Positions 1 to 12,720 of a stretch of DNA of 64,000 bases are shown here, piece by piece. Position 1 is the stretch's first letter, and each line of letters starts with the position of its first letter. The position numbers and the translations under genes are program-made. The notes beneath the pieces are model-generated. The model saw only the letters and a list, made by a program, of their open reading frames with translations. It was not told where the DNA came from and made no database searches. The stretch is from Moniliella sp. 'wahieum' (lineage: Eukaryota). The stretch covers positions 1-64,000 of the forward strand of contig RSEE01000054.1 of the NCBI GenBank assembly GCA_003971905.1. Reading direction: 5' to 3'.

Positions 1-19
1 CCACATCCCCACGAAACGC

Positions 20-3000
20 ATGCCTTTACTGGCGCCTCTGTCGCGCTGCCGCCTCGGGAGCCAGCCCGGCTGCCGACGCCCCACCACGCCTCCGCTCCCT
101 CCGACCTCGGCGGCATCTCCGCCGCTGCCTATTCCTTCCTCCCCGTCCCGCACCGCGCCGCCGCCCCCCCACGCGTCGCAGTCCGCGTCGTCTGTCCATG
201 TCACGCCCGATGCCGTGCGCCACACCAACAAGCTCCTCTCCGACGGCGCGCATGCCCGGCCGAAAGCTACCTTGCAACAGCAGCAGGAGCCCGCTTCGAC
301 CATCTGGCCTCGCGCCTCGCCTCAAGCCCAATGGCTCCGCGACGCGGAGGAGGAACCGCTGACCAACCTGCAAGCCGAGGTGGCCAGTTTCCTCGCCTTT
401 GATGCCGAAGGTACCGATGATGCGGCCACGGCCGCCAAGAGGCCATGGTGGCTACTGCGCATGAACTCATCGAGTCGGTCACCCACCTTCAACAGACGGC
501 CAATGCAACTCAAGGAGAGTCGCTGTTGGGATCTGTATCCAAGATCCTGGCGCTTCCTCGAATGACGAGCGAATTGGCGGGGGCAAGACCCACAAGTTAG
601 TTGCCTCCATTCCGGCACCATTCCCTTGTTCGACAACTTCCTCTACCGACGACGAAGAGAAGCCCAGCCCACCATCCGAGTCGGAGGCGACCCAGGAGGC
701 CACGGCGATCGCTTGTCCGAAAGCGATACGAGACTCATGGCCAACTTGCTCGCTGGGTTATGCCAAGGTCACTAGCGATAAGGCTAGCATGCACGGGCCG
801 AGGAGGAGAAGCAAGCGCGCAGCCAGGATATGGCGCGGGCCAACACCAAAGAGGAGCTCAGGAAAAAGCAAGAGGTATTCATTTGTTTTGCCGGCGGTCG
901 ACGACCTGCGAGTATGGAAGGCGTTGAGGATGATGCGGAACTCAGCCCTGCGCAGAAACTTGATTGTTTGGTCCAGGGTTTTGGACCCATCCAAGATGAC
1001 ATCCTGCTTCAAACTTTTGGACAGGAAGCATTTGTACGTTCCCCACCCCTACTTGTCCCTTGGAGATGCTGATTCCTGGACTGCTGTCATAAGCTGGGTG
1101 ACCAAGTTGGCGTTCTGATCAACGAAGTGGGGTTGATTGGCTACTTTGCGCTCACGACGCACCGTCTGTGCTTCGCGGCGTATATTCCCAACATGGAGCA
1201 CATGGCCGTGATGAATGCGCTAGCCAGTTCGAACAAAGATGGCGCAGACGATGTGTCGGCTGCGCCGCGCGCAGTGAGCAGTTGGCCGGCCATCTCATCC
1301 TCAAGAGCGGTTCTGCGTGCAACACGTCGGCTAGCTGGTGTTTCTGCCTCGTTGCTGGATCGCCGGGTTTGGCTTCAACTCCGTTCCGAGGGCCTTTCGT
1401 CTTCAGTTCGAGTGAGGTAGAGGCACTGTACGAGCCTTGGACATTTATCGCTTTGCGGACATGTTTTCTGTCGAGCCAATTTACCAACCGGCCCAAGCAA
1501 ACTTTGTTCACTTTTCGCTCAAAAAGGCCGACGGCACCAAGGGAGAACTGGTTCGGTTTGAGTTTGGTACTCAAGTTGGTGCGCTCGATTGGCGTCGTGA
1601 GCTTCGATCGGCTCTTTTTCGTGCACATTTCTCTGCCAACTTTGTCCGCTGTCCCTCCCCCTGCCCAGATTACTCAGGTGTTGCAGCATAGCACATCCCA
1701 CAACGTGTTGCTCCACCTGCGTTCCCTCCTGGGCAAGTCCGGACGCATGTTGGGAACCATGGTAGTACGCACAATGAACCATCAACAGGGGAGATGAACC
1801 ATCTCTTCTTATCCAGCACAACACTCTGACCATCGCTATCCTTGGCCGCTCGCCATGGCAAGTGGACTGATGGCCAAGTTTGAGGCGGCCGTGCGGTCTG
1901 TGGCATCCAAACAGCTTCCTCGCGACCAGCTTGGTCCCGAATGCAAGTTGCAATTGCTGATTGACCAAGAGGCGAGCCTGAACGCGGCCACTCTGGCGCC
2001 CCCACCCCAAAGGCAAACACGGAGCCCACTCCATTTCTACCTCAACCAAACCGCTGCAGGAATCCGAGGTCGCCGAGGTGGCTCGGGATTTAGCCTTGGA
2101 TCCGGCGAGTGTCAAAGCAATCTACCATGCCCAGTTATGGAAGAACATGGTGCCCACCCGAGGTCACCTGTGCATATCATCTGACTATATTGGCTTCATT
2201 CGTGAGCACGCGGTCAAAGACGATTACCGATTGCGCATCCCCACTACCCCTTAATGGGGCGAAAAAAGCCAAGGGACACTTGACGTTTTCAGCCTTGGTG
2301 CTTCAAGTCAAGGGCCACGAAGACATTTGGTTCTTATTTGGGTCGAAGCACGAACGGACGAAGCGCTTGCCCAGACCAACGAAGCTGTTCACCACATTCA
2401 TCGTCGCCTCCAGGACGCTTCGCACGGAAAAACACGCTTATCGCGGGGCTTTGGTGCAAACCCACACTGCCCACCTCATGGCTCAACTATGTACCAAAGC
2501 TATCAACACGGACGGTACCTTCCAAATCCGCATTCCTCCGCGGCGTTTTGCATTGCGGTCATTGGCTCACGGGGGATGTGCAACCGCTGATCGCACTGGG
2601 CCAAGTCTTGATGCAACACAAGCACACGGTCCGGATCGTGTCCCACCCGGAATACGAAGATGGGTTCGTGGTCACGGACTTGACTTTGCTGCGGCCGGGG
2701 GCGATCCGGGGGCGTTGATGGCGCTGTCGGTGGAGCACCGTCTGTTTTCGCCGGGCTTCTTTACCGAGTCGATGGCCAAGTTCCGTTCGTGGCTCGACGA
2801 TCTGTTGCGAGAAGTGTACGAGGGATGTTACGATGCGGATGTGATTCTCGAGGCGCGCAGACCATGGCGGGCATTCATGTGGCGGAGCGATTGGGCGTGC
2901 CCTATTTCCGTATCTTCACCATGCCCTGGACCAAGACGGCGGCCTACCCCAAGCGTTCAGTGTGCCGCCAGTCGACTTGGGCAGCCACTACTACACCTAA

Positions 3001-4854
3001 TGAGCTACACGGGTTTGATCAAGTCTTTTGGGCGGCCAGTTCGGGGCAAATCAATCGATGGCGCAAAAACATGCTCGGCCTCAAACCCACCGACCTGGCC
3101 GAGTTGGACCAAGCCAGCGTACCCTTCATTTACAACTTTTCCTGCCGTCGTACCCGTGCCCACCGACTGGACGATAACATTTGTGTTTCCGGGTACTGGT
3201 CCTCCCCACCCCCAAGACCGAATGGGATCCGCCCAAGGAGTTGGTTGCCTTTTTGAAAGAGGGGCGCAAACAAGGCAAAAAGTTGGCCTACTGTGGCTTT
3301 GGCTCGATTGTCGTCGACGACCCCGAGGCGATGACGCGCAACTTGTATGCGGCTGTGGAGAAGGCTGGGGTGTATGCAGTGGTGGCAAAGGGATGGTCGT
3401 CCCGTATGAAGAAGCAAGAACAAGCAGAAGGAACAGAGGAAGAACTGATTCCGGTCCCGAGACTGTTGTTATGTCGTTGATTCCATCCGCACGACTGGCT
3501 TTTCCCTCAGATTGACATTGCGCTGCACCATGGCGGAGCCGGTACGACGGGTGCTTCGTTGCGTGCCTCGCTGTCACCGCCATCAAACCCTTTTTGGCGA
3601 CCAATTCTTCTGGGCCCAGCGCGTACAGAAGTGGGGCGCTGGTGTGCGGGTGGCGTCGCTGTCGACCAACGATTTGGCTTCGGCATTGAAGAAGGCAGCT
3701 GAGGATCGGATCATGCGGGAGAAAGCGCAACAAGTCGGTGCAAGCATCTCTACCGAAGATGGACCAGCCAGGCGGTCGGTTTTTTGTACGACAAACCTGA
3801 TGCGGGCTCGTCGCCATCCTCGGTTCCGTGAGGACCTGTGTGTGCTAAAGGAAGACCAGCTGTTTTCTACCCAACGCGGGAGGAAGGAAAAGGGAGTGAA
3901 GGAAGAGAAGAAGAAGAAGAGAAGGAGAAGGAAGAAAAGAAGAAGAGAAAGAAAGAAGAAGAAAAGAAGAAGAAGAAGAAAGAAGAAGAAAGAAGAGAAG
4001 AAGAAGAAGAAGAAGAGAAGAAAGAAGAAGAAGAAGAGAAGAGAGAAAGAAGAAGAGAAAAGAAGGAAGAAAGAAGAACGAAGAAGAAAGAAGAAGAAGA
4101 AGAAGAAGAAGAAGAAGAAAAGAAGAAGAAGAAGAAGAAGAAGAAGAAGAAGAGAAGAAGAGAAGAAGAAGAAGAAGAAGAAGAAGAGAGAAGAAGAAGA
4201 AGAAGAAGAAGAAAGAAGAAGAGAAAGAAGAAGAAGAAGAAAGAAGCGAAGGAGAAGGTGACGGAGAAGCATGCAAAAGGCGCAAGCACAGCGGACATTC
4301 GTACCTCCCATACCCGCGACTCATCCCTCCACTCTTCCCACAGTGCACCTCCCGCTTCGCCCACAGAGGAGGCCCTACCGATACGAACGGGGCGGGGACC
4401 AGTCGCCTTCTACACCCTCTACGCCCAAACGACTGCTTCACAAGATTGGGAGCAAGTTGAATTTGGCGAGCGACGAGGCGAGCGCAGCTATCTCGACGGG
4501 ATCGTTGCCACTCAAGAAACGACGAGCTTGCTACCGCGTTTGCCTAGCCTGCCAGCCTGCCCAATACCCACTCTGGACGGTATGCCCAAACTCTCGCTGG
4601 TTTCGGCCATGCGGCAAATGGTCGATTCGGACGAGTGTGAGCAAAGCGAAGTCAACCGGGCCGAGCAGAAACATGCGTCTCTCTCGGTCGCACTGGCGGA
4701 CCAGCTGCATGCGCGTCAATTGCTGCCCAAGCAAATTGAATTGCGCCTGGCCCAGCGCTTGGCCCAGCACACCCACGACATGTACCTCGACCAAGGTTCT
4801 CCCTCTGCCACTGACTGGGATGGCCTTCCCGCTTCAGCGGGGCAACCACACTAA
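20..4854 (+). CDS. ATG26: Sterol 3-beta-glucosyltransferase (PH/GRAM region + UDP-glycosyltransferase); multi-exon and frameshifted; true start may lie upstream of the window
   Basis: Peptides across frames: [94 protein letters not shown]-type segment, [27 protein letters not shown]. Confidence 0.92.
3898..4246 (+). repeat. Degenerate (GAA)n polypurine tract, about 350 nt, inside the ATG26 C-terminal region
   Basis: Only A/G from 3898 to 4246 apart from one C at 4079. Confidence 0.95.
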
Positions 4855-5136
4855 TTCACTCCAGTTGGGCTCCCTCGCCGCTAGTGAAACCAACCTATAT
4901 CTCGTTCTGCTCTGCTCTGCTCTGCTCCGCTCTGATCTGCCCAAGACAGTGGGAGCTTGTGATTAATGTGACCCAATGCCATCCCTATCTATTTCCCCAT
5001 AGCTCGCCCTGTGGTACTTAGTACAGGACCGACTTCGCCATAAAAGACCTTTAGCAAAGCTCGATCGATGTGCCGACCTACCGGGGACCCACTTCAGGAG
5101 ACCTCCATGCCTCTTTGCAAGCCCGGTTCCCGATTC

Positions 5137-5170
5137 CGATTCCTGATTCCTGACTCCTGACTCCTGACTT
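5137..5170. repeat. Short 7-bp tandem repeat (TCCTGAY)n
   Basis: ttccgattcctgattcctgactcctgactcctgact. Confidence 0.8.
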
Positions 5171-5943
5171 CTCTCAGCGCGTACGCTGCCCACCCGCCTC
5201 AACCACCCGCGGACTTACTAGTCAACAGTCATCCGCCCCAGCTGCCTCGGCCGCCAAAGTCTACCGGGGACTGTTTTTGCCACTCGCTTGGCTCTCCATC
5301 GTGCCAAACCAAGGCCCAGAGCGGGCAGCGCGGACGGCCACGCACAGCACGCAGCACGCAGCATAGGGCACGCATCGTGCTGCCCCCTAGGCGCTGGGGG
5401 GCGGGTTCAGGGACTACCATGGCTCCCGCTGCGTGCAGCCATGGGAACTTGTCTGGCAAGCAACGGACAACGGACGCTCTTCCCTCTCCTCGAGGGCTGG
5501 GCGCGCCGCGTAGGCCCCAAGAGCGAGCGGGTGCAGTGTCCCTACCTGTACCTTAGCTGCGTTGCTGAACGTTGAGCTTTCGGGTGGCGTTGCGTGTGAG
5601 CGCGTACCAATCCATGCCCAGCACGTGGGCGCGGCGGAGCTGGCAGGCAGAAGGGCGCGCGAGCGCTAGCGTGCTCTGCTCGCCTCCTCCGCCCGCACGG
5701 CAGGCCGAAGCCGAGCGGCGGGCTGGGTAGGGTGGGGGGCAAGCAGGCAACGAGGCGGTGCCAAGGGTGCACTATGGTGTGGGCGGTGGGTGGAATCAAG
5801 TAGCGTGCCACCCGCCGGACGCGCGGGGGCACGGCTATGTTGCCGCCTGGCTTCCGCGCCAACAAGGGTGCATTGCATTGCATGGCAAGATAGTAGTGTG
5901 CACAAGGGAGGCGTGAAGGGGGAAGAGGGGGGGAGGAGAGAGT

Positions 5944-6528
5944 TTAGCGAGTCGTGTTCTTTTCCAGCAAGTCCTTTGCTTCGTTCACCTCTGTTCGCGG
6001 GGGGGGGGGGTTAGCGCATGGCTACAGCGTCAGGGGGGGAGGGGGAGCCGGAGGGGAGAAGCAACGTACTGGAGGCAATGTAAGGTGATCCCCCGCGGTC
6101 GGGTGGTTGGCAATCATCATTCGCCGGTGGGCATCCTTGATTTTGGCCTTGGTCAAGGACGCCTCCCTCAAGCCGAGGATCTGGGACGCTTCCTTCTTGT
6201 CCATCTTGGCTTGGAACCCGCCTTTGGCCCACTTGCCCGACGGGCCCGCACTCGACGACCCCTTCAACAGCATCCGAGCCGCCACCGCCGCGCCCAGCAC
6301 CGCCGCACCAATCAACACGGGCGTCGCGGCCTCGTTGGTGGCAGGCGTAACGTGCAGCGCGGCCGGGCGCGACACTTGCAGCGCCCGCACGGCCGACGTG
6401 TGCAACGGCGCGCGCACCGGCGCAGGACGCGCTCCCATACCTGGCCTGGCGGCGGGCGGGGCGCGGGCAAGGAGCACTGCAGCACGCGCGGCAGGCCGCA
6501 GCGGCAGCGCAGAGGGCAAGGCAGGCAT
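5944..6528 (-). CDS. PAM18: Mitochondrial import motor J-protein Tim14/Pam18; one 3' intron; start uncertain (frame open to 6666)
   Basis: ATPVLIGAAVLGAAVAAR TM segment, GGFQAKMDKKEASQILGL, KIKDAHRRMMIANH[PD]RGGSPYIAS (HPD broken by a 1-nt loss in a C run), intron gtacgt...gctaac...acag, last exon KVNEAKDLLEKNTTR*. Confidence 0.92.
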
Positions 6529-7623
6529 GCGGAGAAGATGGTTTGGGGCTGCGCAGGCGGGCAACCTTCCAGGGGGGCGCCTCGGACCAAAAAAATCCAG
6601 CGGGCTTGCCTGACGTACTGGCGGGCAGACATGCAAGGCGGATGCTGAGGTAAGCACACACATCACCCCTTGCGTATTGATATTGAACGTTCAACTTGCG
6701 TCTGTCCTAGGAGAGAAGCCAAGCCACCTATGTACTGCCTCCTTTTTTCTACCCTGTGCTACGGCGCGACGTCCCGGACATCCCAACTCCCCCAAGAACA
6801 GCAACACACACACGTCAACCTTCAAGCTTCAAGCTCATGACCCGCGACGCGGTGCGCAGTACGCTTGGCGCGCCAGGGCAGAAAAGCGTTGGTCTAGCGC
6901 GTCGCATATCACAACAACCCACAACACCATACGGTGACCCGGTGACAGCTTCAATAAGGAGGGAGGATCGAGGACGAGAGAAAAAAGAGAAGAGAGAGCC
7001 AAGAGCCCCCCCCCCGAGGTAGGTGCGAAAGGAAAGGAGGAAGAACCCGGGTGGCACCTGGGTGGAACGTGGAACCGAGGAAACAGGACAAGACAGGAGG
7101 GGAGCAGATGCAGGGAGAGAGACAGAACGGACGGATAGGATAGACTGATGGCCAGATCGCAGGGGGGGAGGGGGAACACGGAGACGGGAGAGGTCGAATC
7201 AGTATAATATAGAACACTGCGGTTGGCCATCACAAAGAGGAAAACCGCGGCCCGAGTCCCGTCCGGCTCCTGTCCGTCCAGGCCAGACTGAGACCGGAAC
7301 TGGACGCAACCGGAGGAACGGATGGGACGCACGCAAGCGGAGTAGAGGTGCGAAAACAAACATAGGTGAGAGGAAAGTTCATGAGGGTGGCTGGTACAGG
7401 ACGCGGGGGGAGGGGGAGGAGGAAACAACCGCATGCGCCGACGGTCATCGACCCAAGCCAAGCCGGTATACTGGTCAGCATTATGCCGATCGAGGGAGAG
7501 CTTGACTTCAGGGCGCGCCCAAGGGCAAGCCCGAAGCCAAGGCGGGCGAACCGTCAGGAGCAATGCACGTTGGCCGTCTTGGGCATAGCCATGCTCACCA
7601 GCACCCCGGCCGCCGAAGTGCCG

Positions 7624-9603
7624 TCAGGCTTGGCACGCTCCTCCATCCCACCGCGTCACCCACAGTGTGGTCTGGGACCACCGACTGGTCGCCGTCGCCG
7701 TCGACGTCCGTCGGTCTACCGACGCACCCGAGCCGTCCGAGTCGGGACTGGACCGGTGGTGCGATCCTGGTCCTCGGACAAAGTGGCTCACGGTTATCAG
7801 CCCCGTCAACTTGTTGTCCCTTGGTATTTCCGGCGAGTACAGGACGAAGGAGGGACCGGCCCGGCGCATACGAACCACAAGTCCGTTGTTAGCCCATTCC
7901 ACCGTGCCTTTTTGGACGCCGGGGGGGCTAGGGAGATCGCAGCGTCCATCCCAGTACCCGGTGCGCTGGCTGCGGTAGGCGGGCCGCGACGCGGATGGGA
8001 GCCAAGGCTGAGGCCGATCGTAGACCCCATCAGCAGACCAGGACCTTCGCTCTTTGGTGTGGCCGGGTCCATCGAGACGGCAAGCATGGTAGGGGACCGG
8101 GCGCGCTTGCGCATCGGTTTCCTTTTCCTCCCATCCCTCCCCGCCCTAATGACGCAGACACCAACCCCGCCCGATCCCAGAAGGACTGGTGGGCTGTCTC
8201 TCATCCCGCCAAGGGGTGCGGTCCGCGTCGGCCGTGTAGGTGCGGTGGCGGTGGGGTGCCAGGAGCTCAGAGGGGAGGGGCAACAACGATGGTTCTTGGT
8301 CTTGGTCCCGGTCTTGATCTTGGTCTTGATCATGGGGTTGCTGTTGGAGTTGAGTTTGCTCCAACTCCAGCTCGGGATCGGGGTACTCCACCTCGTCCAC
8401 CTCGGTCGCCCAGCCAGTCAACTTTCGGTAAACCGAGGATCGTCGTCAATCCGTCTCAGGCTGCCGTCCAACAAGTCATGCTTGTGGTAGTACGAGATGA
8501 CGTGCATCTTGCGGCCCGAGGTGGTGGTCATGGTGAACGACTGCTTGATCAGCCCATCTTCCTACTGTGTTTTGTGTCGGACAGCCGGGGCACCCGACCG
8601 GCTACAAGGCAAACCAAACCGCGTCATCATCGTCAGCCAACCGGACCTTATGCAGCTTGGGAACCGCACGCGAGACATGCGGCCCAAACGTACTACAGAG
8701 AGCAAAAAATGGGCGAGAGGGGGGGGGAAGTGGAGACGTACTGCTTGCGCACCAGTAGCTCACGGTACGTGAGGAAACATCCGTGTACGCGGCTCGCGGA
8801 CCAGACCCGGCCGTCGGTCCAACGGCGAATGCCGGCTTCCTCCTCGTCCCAGACAAACACGTTGCCCGAACGGATCAAGTCAGCCCGTTCGGCATCGAGC
8901 AGACGGCGGGGGATGCGCCGGGGTGGCGAGTGCGGTGTCTCGGCAGGCGCATCGCATGCGGCCATGAGCTTGATGGCCTCTTTGGTGGTTTGGATGAAAC
9001 CAACGTAGGTGGGCTTCTGCTGGTACAGAGGCAGGCTGGCCAGCTGGTGGACCGTGGCGCTAGAGGGGGCGGTGGTGGCGGAGGCAGCGGCAGCGGCAGC
9101 GGCAGCAGCAGCCGTGGCCGGTGCGGCAGAGGCGGGGGGGTGGCAGAGGCGGGAGTGGAGGTGGAGGCAAAGGCAGGCAGGAAGGGGAGGCCGACCATGA
9201 GGGAGGGGTCGGGGAGGCGCGGGCGGTAGGGAAGCATGTCGGAGAAGCTGCTGGGATGGGAGAGGTAGACGGGCGGGGCGCGGTCGCGGTCGTCATAGTA
9301 CGCGGGGGGTGTTGGGCAGCGGGCGGGGGCGGCGGCAGGGAGGCAGGCGGGTACTCGGGCGAGACGAGCAGGGCGGTGGGGGAGGAGCGGAGGTAGAGGG
9401 TGGGCTCGGGTGCATAGTGGGCCGACAGGTACTCGGGTGCCGGCGGGACTGGCGGGGCGGGCGGGGCGGGACAGGCGGGTAGGCGGCCGAGGTGCTGCGC
9501 GGGGCAGGCAGGCGCGGCTATCCCAGGCAAAGGCGGCGGACGCAGCAGCAGGCGCCGTGACGGCGCTGGGCGCGTAGCGGGGGTAGTAGTAGCCGTCCTG
9601 CAT
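7624..9603 (-). CDS. Gti1/Pac2 (WOPR-domain) transcription factor, Pac2-like; 3' end approximate
   Basis: PTYVGFIQTTKEAIKLMAAC...RRLLDAERADLIRSGNVFVWDEEEAGIRRWTDGRVWSASRVHGCFLTYREL and, after introns, GLIKQSFTMTTTSGRKMHVISYY: both WOPR boxes. Confidence 0.9.
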
Positions 9604-10669
9604 TGCTCAGCGCCACCGGCACAGGTGTCTGCGATGTGCACCGAGAGAGGAGGAGGTGGTGGCACAGACGCACGCCGTCGTCCTCGCCGCGCGGGCACGT
9701 CCACCCGCGTCCTCGCCGGCCTGCTCTCTGCCGCTGGGGATGCGTAGTGGGATAGTGAGCGGCGTCGCTCAGCTCAGCGGAGGCATATGTGGAGCCGCTT
9801 GCGCGGCGGACAGCAGGCAGCCGCCGCCGCAGCAGCACGCATCAATGCATCCATGCATCACCCTCGCTTGTCTGGCCCCGCTCCAGGCTGCTCCGGCGTG
9901 CCTGACCCGCCCACAGCCGGAGCACCCGCCGCACACTCCCCCCGCGCCTGCATCTTCTACCCCGCGGTGGCCACCCATCACACATCCATCAGCCACCGCC
10001 TTCCATACTCTGCAGCGACACCAACATGTCCCGCGAAAACACCTGCCCCCCCGGTGGATATGTACCTCCAGCCGCCGTGCATTGGTCCGCGCCTGGCCTT
10101 GTCCTTTCGGCTCGGCCCTCACTCAGTACTGACACACTCAGCAGGGCTACGTAGGACGCACTACGTAGCCCACTCCACTCGTGTACGTTCCCCAAATGGA
10201 ATGGTCAATGGACATTGCAATCGCACCCACTGCCTAGCCACCCCGCGGGGCTGTCACAAACCCACCCCGGTATACTCGACCTAGCCACCCAGTACCCACT
10301 GCCCTACCCCCCGGAGCGCCTGAGTGCCAGAACGCTTCAAGCAAAGCTTGACTTGCTTCTGCCCCCCCGCCCGCTGCGCTGCTGCGGCGCTGGCGTGCAC
10401 CAACCACAGCTCCCCGCACTGCGCTGCCAGTCCCTTCCCTTCCCTATCCCGTGTCCCATGTTCCACGTCCTCGCCGCCCACCCTGCGCCGCTGCGCCCTG
10501 CCCGGCTGGAAACCCTTGCGCAACAGTGCGTAGCGATTAGCGCAATAATTGTATGTCGGTGTTTTTCTTATTAGCACGTGTGGTTGTTCCTATGGCACCA
10601 GATCGCACCTGTGTGCGCGCCCTGGGCAGCAGAACGCTCTGTGGTTTGGGTTGAAAACGTTGCGGTGAG

Positions 10670-12720
10670 GCGTTGAAATGTGAAGCTTCAGCGACTTCAA
10701 CGTACCTTCAACAAGGTACCTTGACGGTGACATGCGCTGCCACAGCAGTGCCACCGCCCGTCCTCGCGTCCTCCCCACTTTCGTCTTTGCCTCTGCCCAT
10801 ATGCCTCAGTGCCTAAAGGTCTAAAGCTTAAAGGCTCTCGGCCGAACACAGTGATAGCGATTATTTCGATTATTGACGCTCGATGATCGATGATCGATGA
10901 TCGATGATCGATGATATACGATACCCCCCAGTCCCTGCGTTTTCCCACCGCGCAATGACGCATACAAATGATGAGTCCCCCGTTCCAGGCTGTTCCATCT
11001 ATCATGCAATCATGCCTGGATGTATAGGGGGGTGTTGAACGTTGAACGTTGAACTCAAAACGGGGAGCTGAACTTACCGGCCGAGCCCGGCAGGGCTGGG
11101 CAGAGCTGGCAGGACAAAGCCCGGGAGAGGTCGATGATGTTGACGACGATGGAAATGGCATGCGGGATGAGTGTGACGTCTGTGACTTGTGCCAGCGTGA
11201 CACACGAATCGTTAAACCCACCGCAGCAATGTGGCGCAGCGTGACGCGTGAATATTGAATGGTACATGATGCATGATGCATGATGCATGAGATGGACGAT
11301 TAGTGATCATCGATCAATGAGTAATATTTAATGATAGTAATGAGATCTGAGACAGAGATGTCAAATCTCCGAACCGGGATTTGGGGATGCGGGAAGCTGG
11401 AAGTGGGAGTGGAAAGGGCAAAACATGTCAAAGTAGTGTCAAGCATGACGCATGTCAAGCTCTTCAAGCTTCAAGCTAGCTTCAAGCTTCAAGCCTGTCA
11501 AAGCTTCGTCATGCGTCACGCGCGTCACGTGCCATATGTCACACGCCACCCACCATGCAGCAGGCATCAAGCGCCAGTCATCGATCATCGTTGGTACGGT
11601 TAGTCGCCGTTTCCTAATGGTAAGCTCGATTAGAAAATCGATAGAAAAATCTACTACCCTAGTCTAAGATCTAAGCATTAAACGAAACGTTAAACGTTAA
11701 CCACGTCACGGGTGGCCATCAGTAACTAGTAACTTGTAATCAGCGACGGCGACCAGGCAACCCTGTATATTTGGCCGCACGTGCCAACCTTCGCAACGTC
11801 AAACGTCTGCAACGTACAATTCAAACGTAAAGCAGCCTAAAGCTTATAGCTTGAAGGAATACATACGGTTCCGATCTCAGAACTGAGTTTCAGATCTTCA
11901 ACGTTCAACGTTCAACGACGTACATACAACCGTACAACCGTACAACCGTATTACAACCGTACAACCGTACAACCGTACAACCGTACAACCGAACCAACCG
12001 CGGTAACCGGTAACCAGTAACTAGTAACCGATAACCGGGATAACCGGCGCTCTCGCGTCTCGTCGCTCGCAGCCGGCGCCCGCCCACTGCGCCTACTGCG
12101 CCCCTCTCGCACCCCGCCACCGCTCACGGGTGAAGTCACCAGCCAGGGCGACCTCTCTGATTTGGCCGTGGATAAGGCCAAGGCCTAAGGAGTTGGGGCC
12201 ATTGCGGCGGCTGCATTCTTTGTCGGCTGTATCGGACCCGAACCGATACCAAAAGCTCCGGGCCAGAGTCCACTGCGTACATACTGAATGTGGGTACTGA
12301 ACGAGTGTCAGGGATGATCGATGATCGATGGTCGATGAGTACTCAGACTGAGTGCTGAGTCGATGAGGCCGATGGGCTTGAAGCTTGAAGTCTGCCGCAC
12401 TTTGTGAGCTTCAGGCCTCAGGATGCATGATAATGGATAGCATCGATGAGAAGCTGAGTACTGAGTCTCAGCTCTCGGTATACTGAGGTCCTGAGGCCTT
12501 CAGCCTGAGGGCTTCTCTATGCACCCCCCTTCGGTCTTTCAATTGGAGCGGCTAACATTTGCAAGGGGAAGCTTCAAGCTTTTAAATTAGCTTCACGCGT
12601 CACGCGTCACGTGTGATCCCATTAAGCTTTAAGGTCATTCTAGGAAGCTTGATTTGATCCTAGATGATCGATGACTCGACGTGACGCGTGACGTACCTCG
12701 ATCGATAGCTTCAAGCTGGA
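10670..12720. repeat. Dense intergenic field of 7-bp-period palindromic mini-arrays (TNA + palindromic tetramer)
   Basis: (TCGATGA)x5 10880-10914; (GTTGAAC)x3 11034-11054; (CATGATG)x3.7 11265-11290; TTCAAGC runs 11463-11494; (TTCAACG)x3 11897-11917; TAA-CCGG/CCAG/CTAG 12004-12038; CTGAG runs 12337-12510; (TCACGCG) 12593-12610. Confidence 0.9.
11925..11991. repeat. 8-bp tandem repeat (TACAACCG)x8 with one 3-nt interruption
   Basis: Counted directly in the sequence. Confidence 0.95.

Noticed and set aside
3583..4441. Poly-Phe/Leu/Ser minus-strand ORFs
   Set aside because: These are the antisense translation of the GAA tract.
7366..9008. Long plus-strand ORFs (374 and 337 aa) and similar long ORFs at 42515-43540 and 49680-50624
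   Set aside because: These are antisense shadows of real genes or GC-rich open frames with no recognisable motifs.
11925..11991. Interstitial telomere (minus strand CGGTTGTA resembles some yeast telomeric cores)
   Set aside because: Basidiomycete telomeres are generally TTAGGG-like, the resemblance is loose, and the repeat grades into the heptad arrays.
10670..12720. CRISPR-like array
   Set aside because: Units are 7-8 bp with no 25-40 bp repeats or unique spacers; the context is eukaryotic and there are no cas genes.
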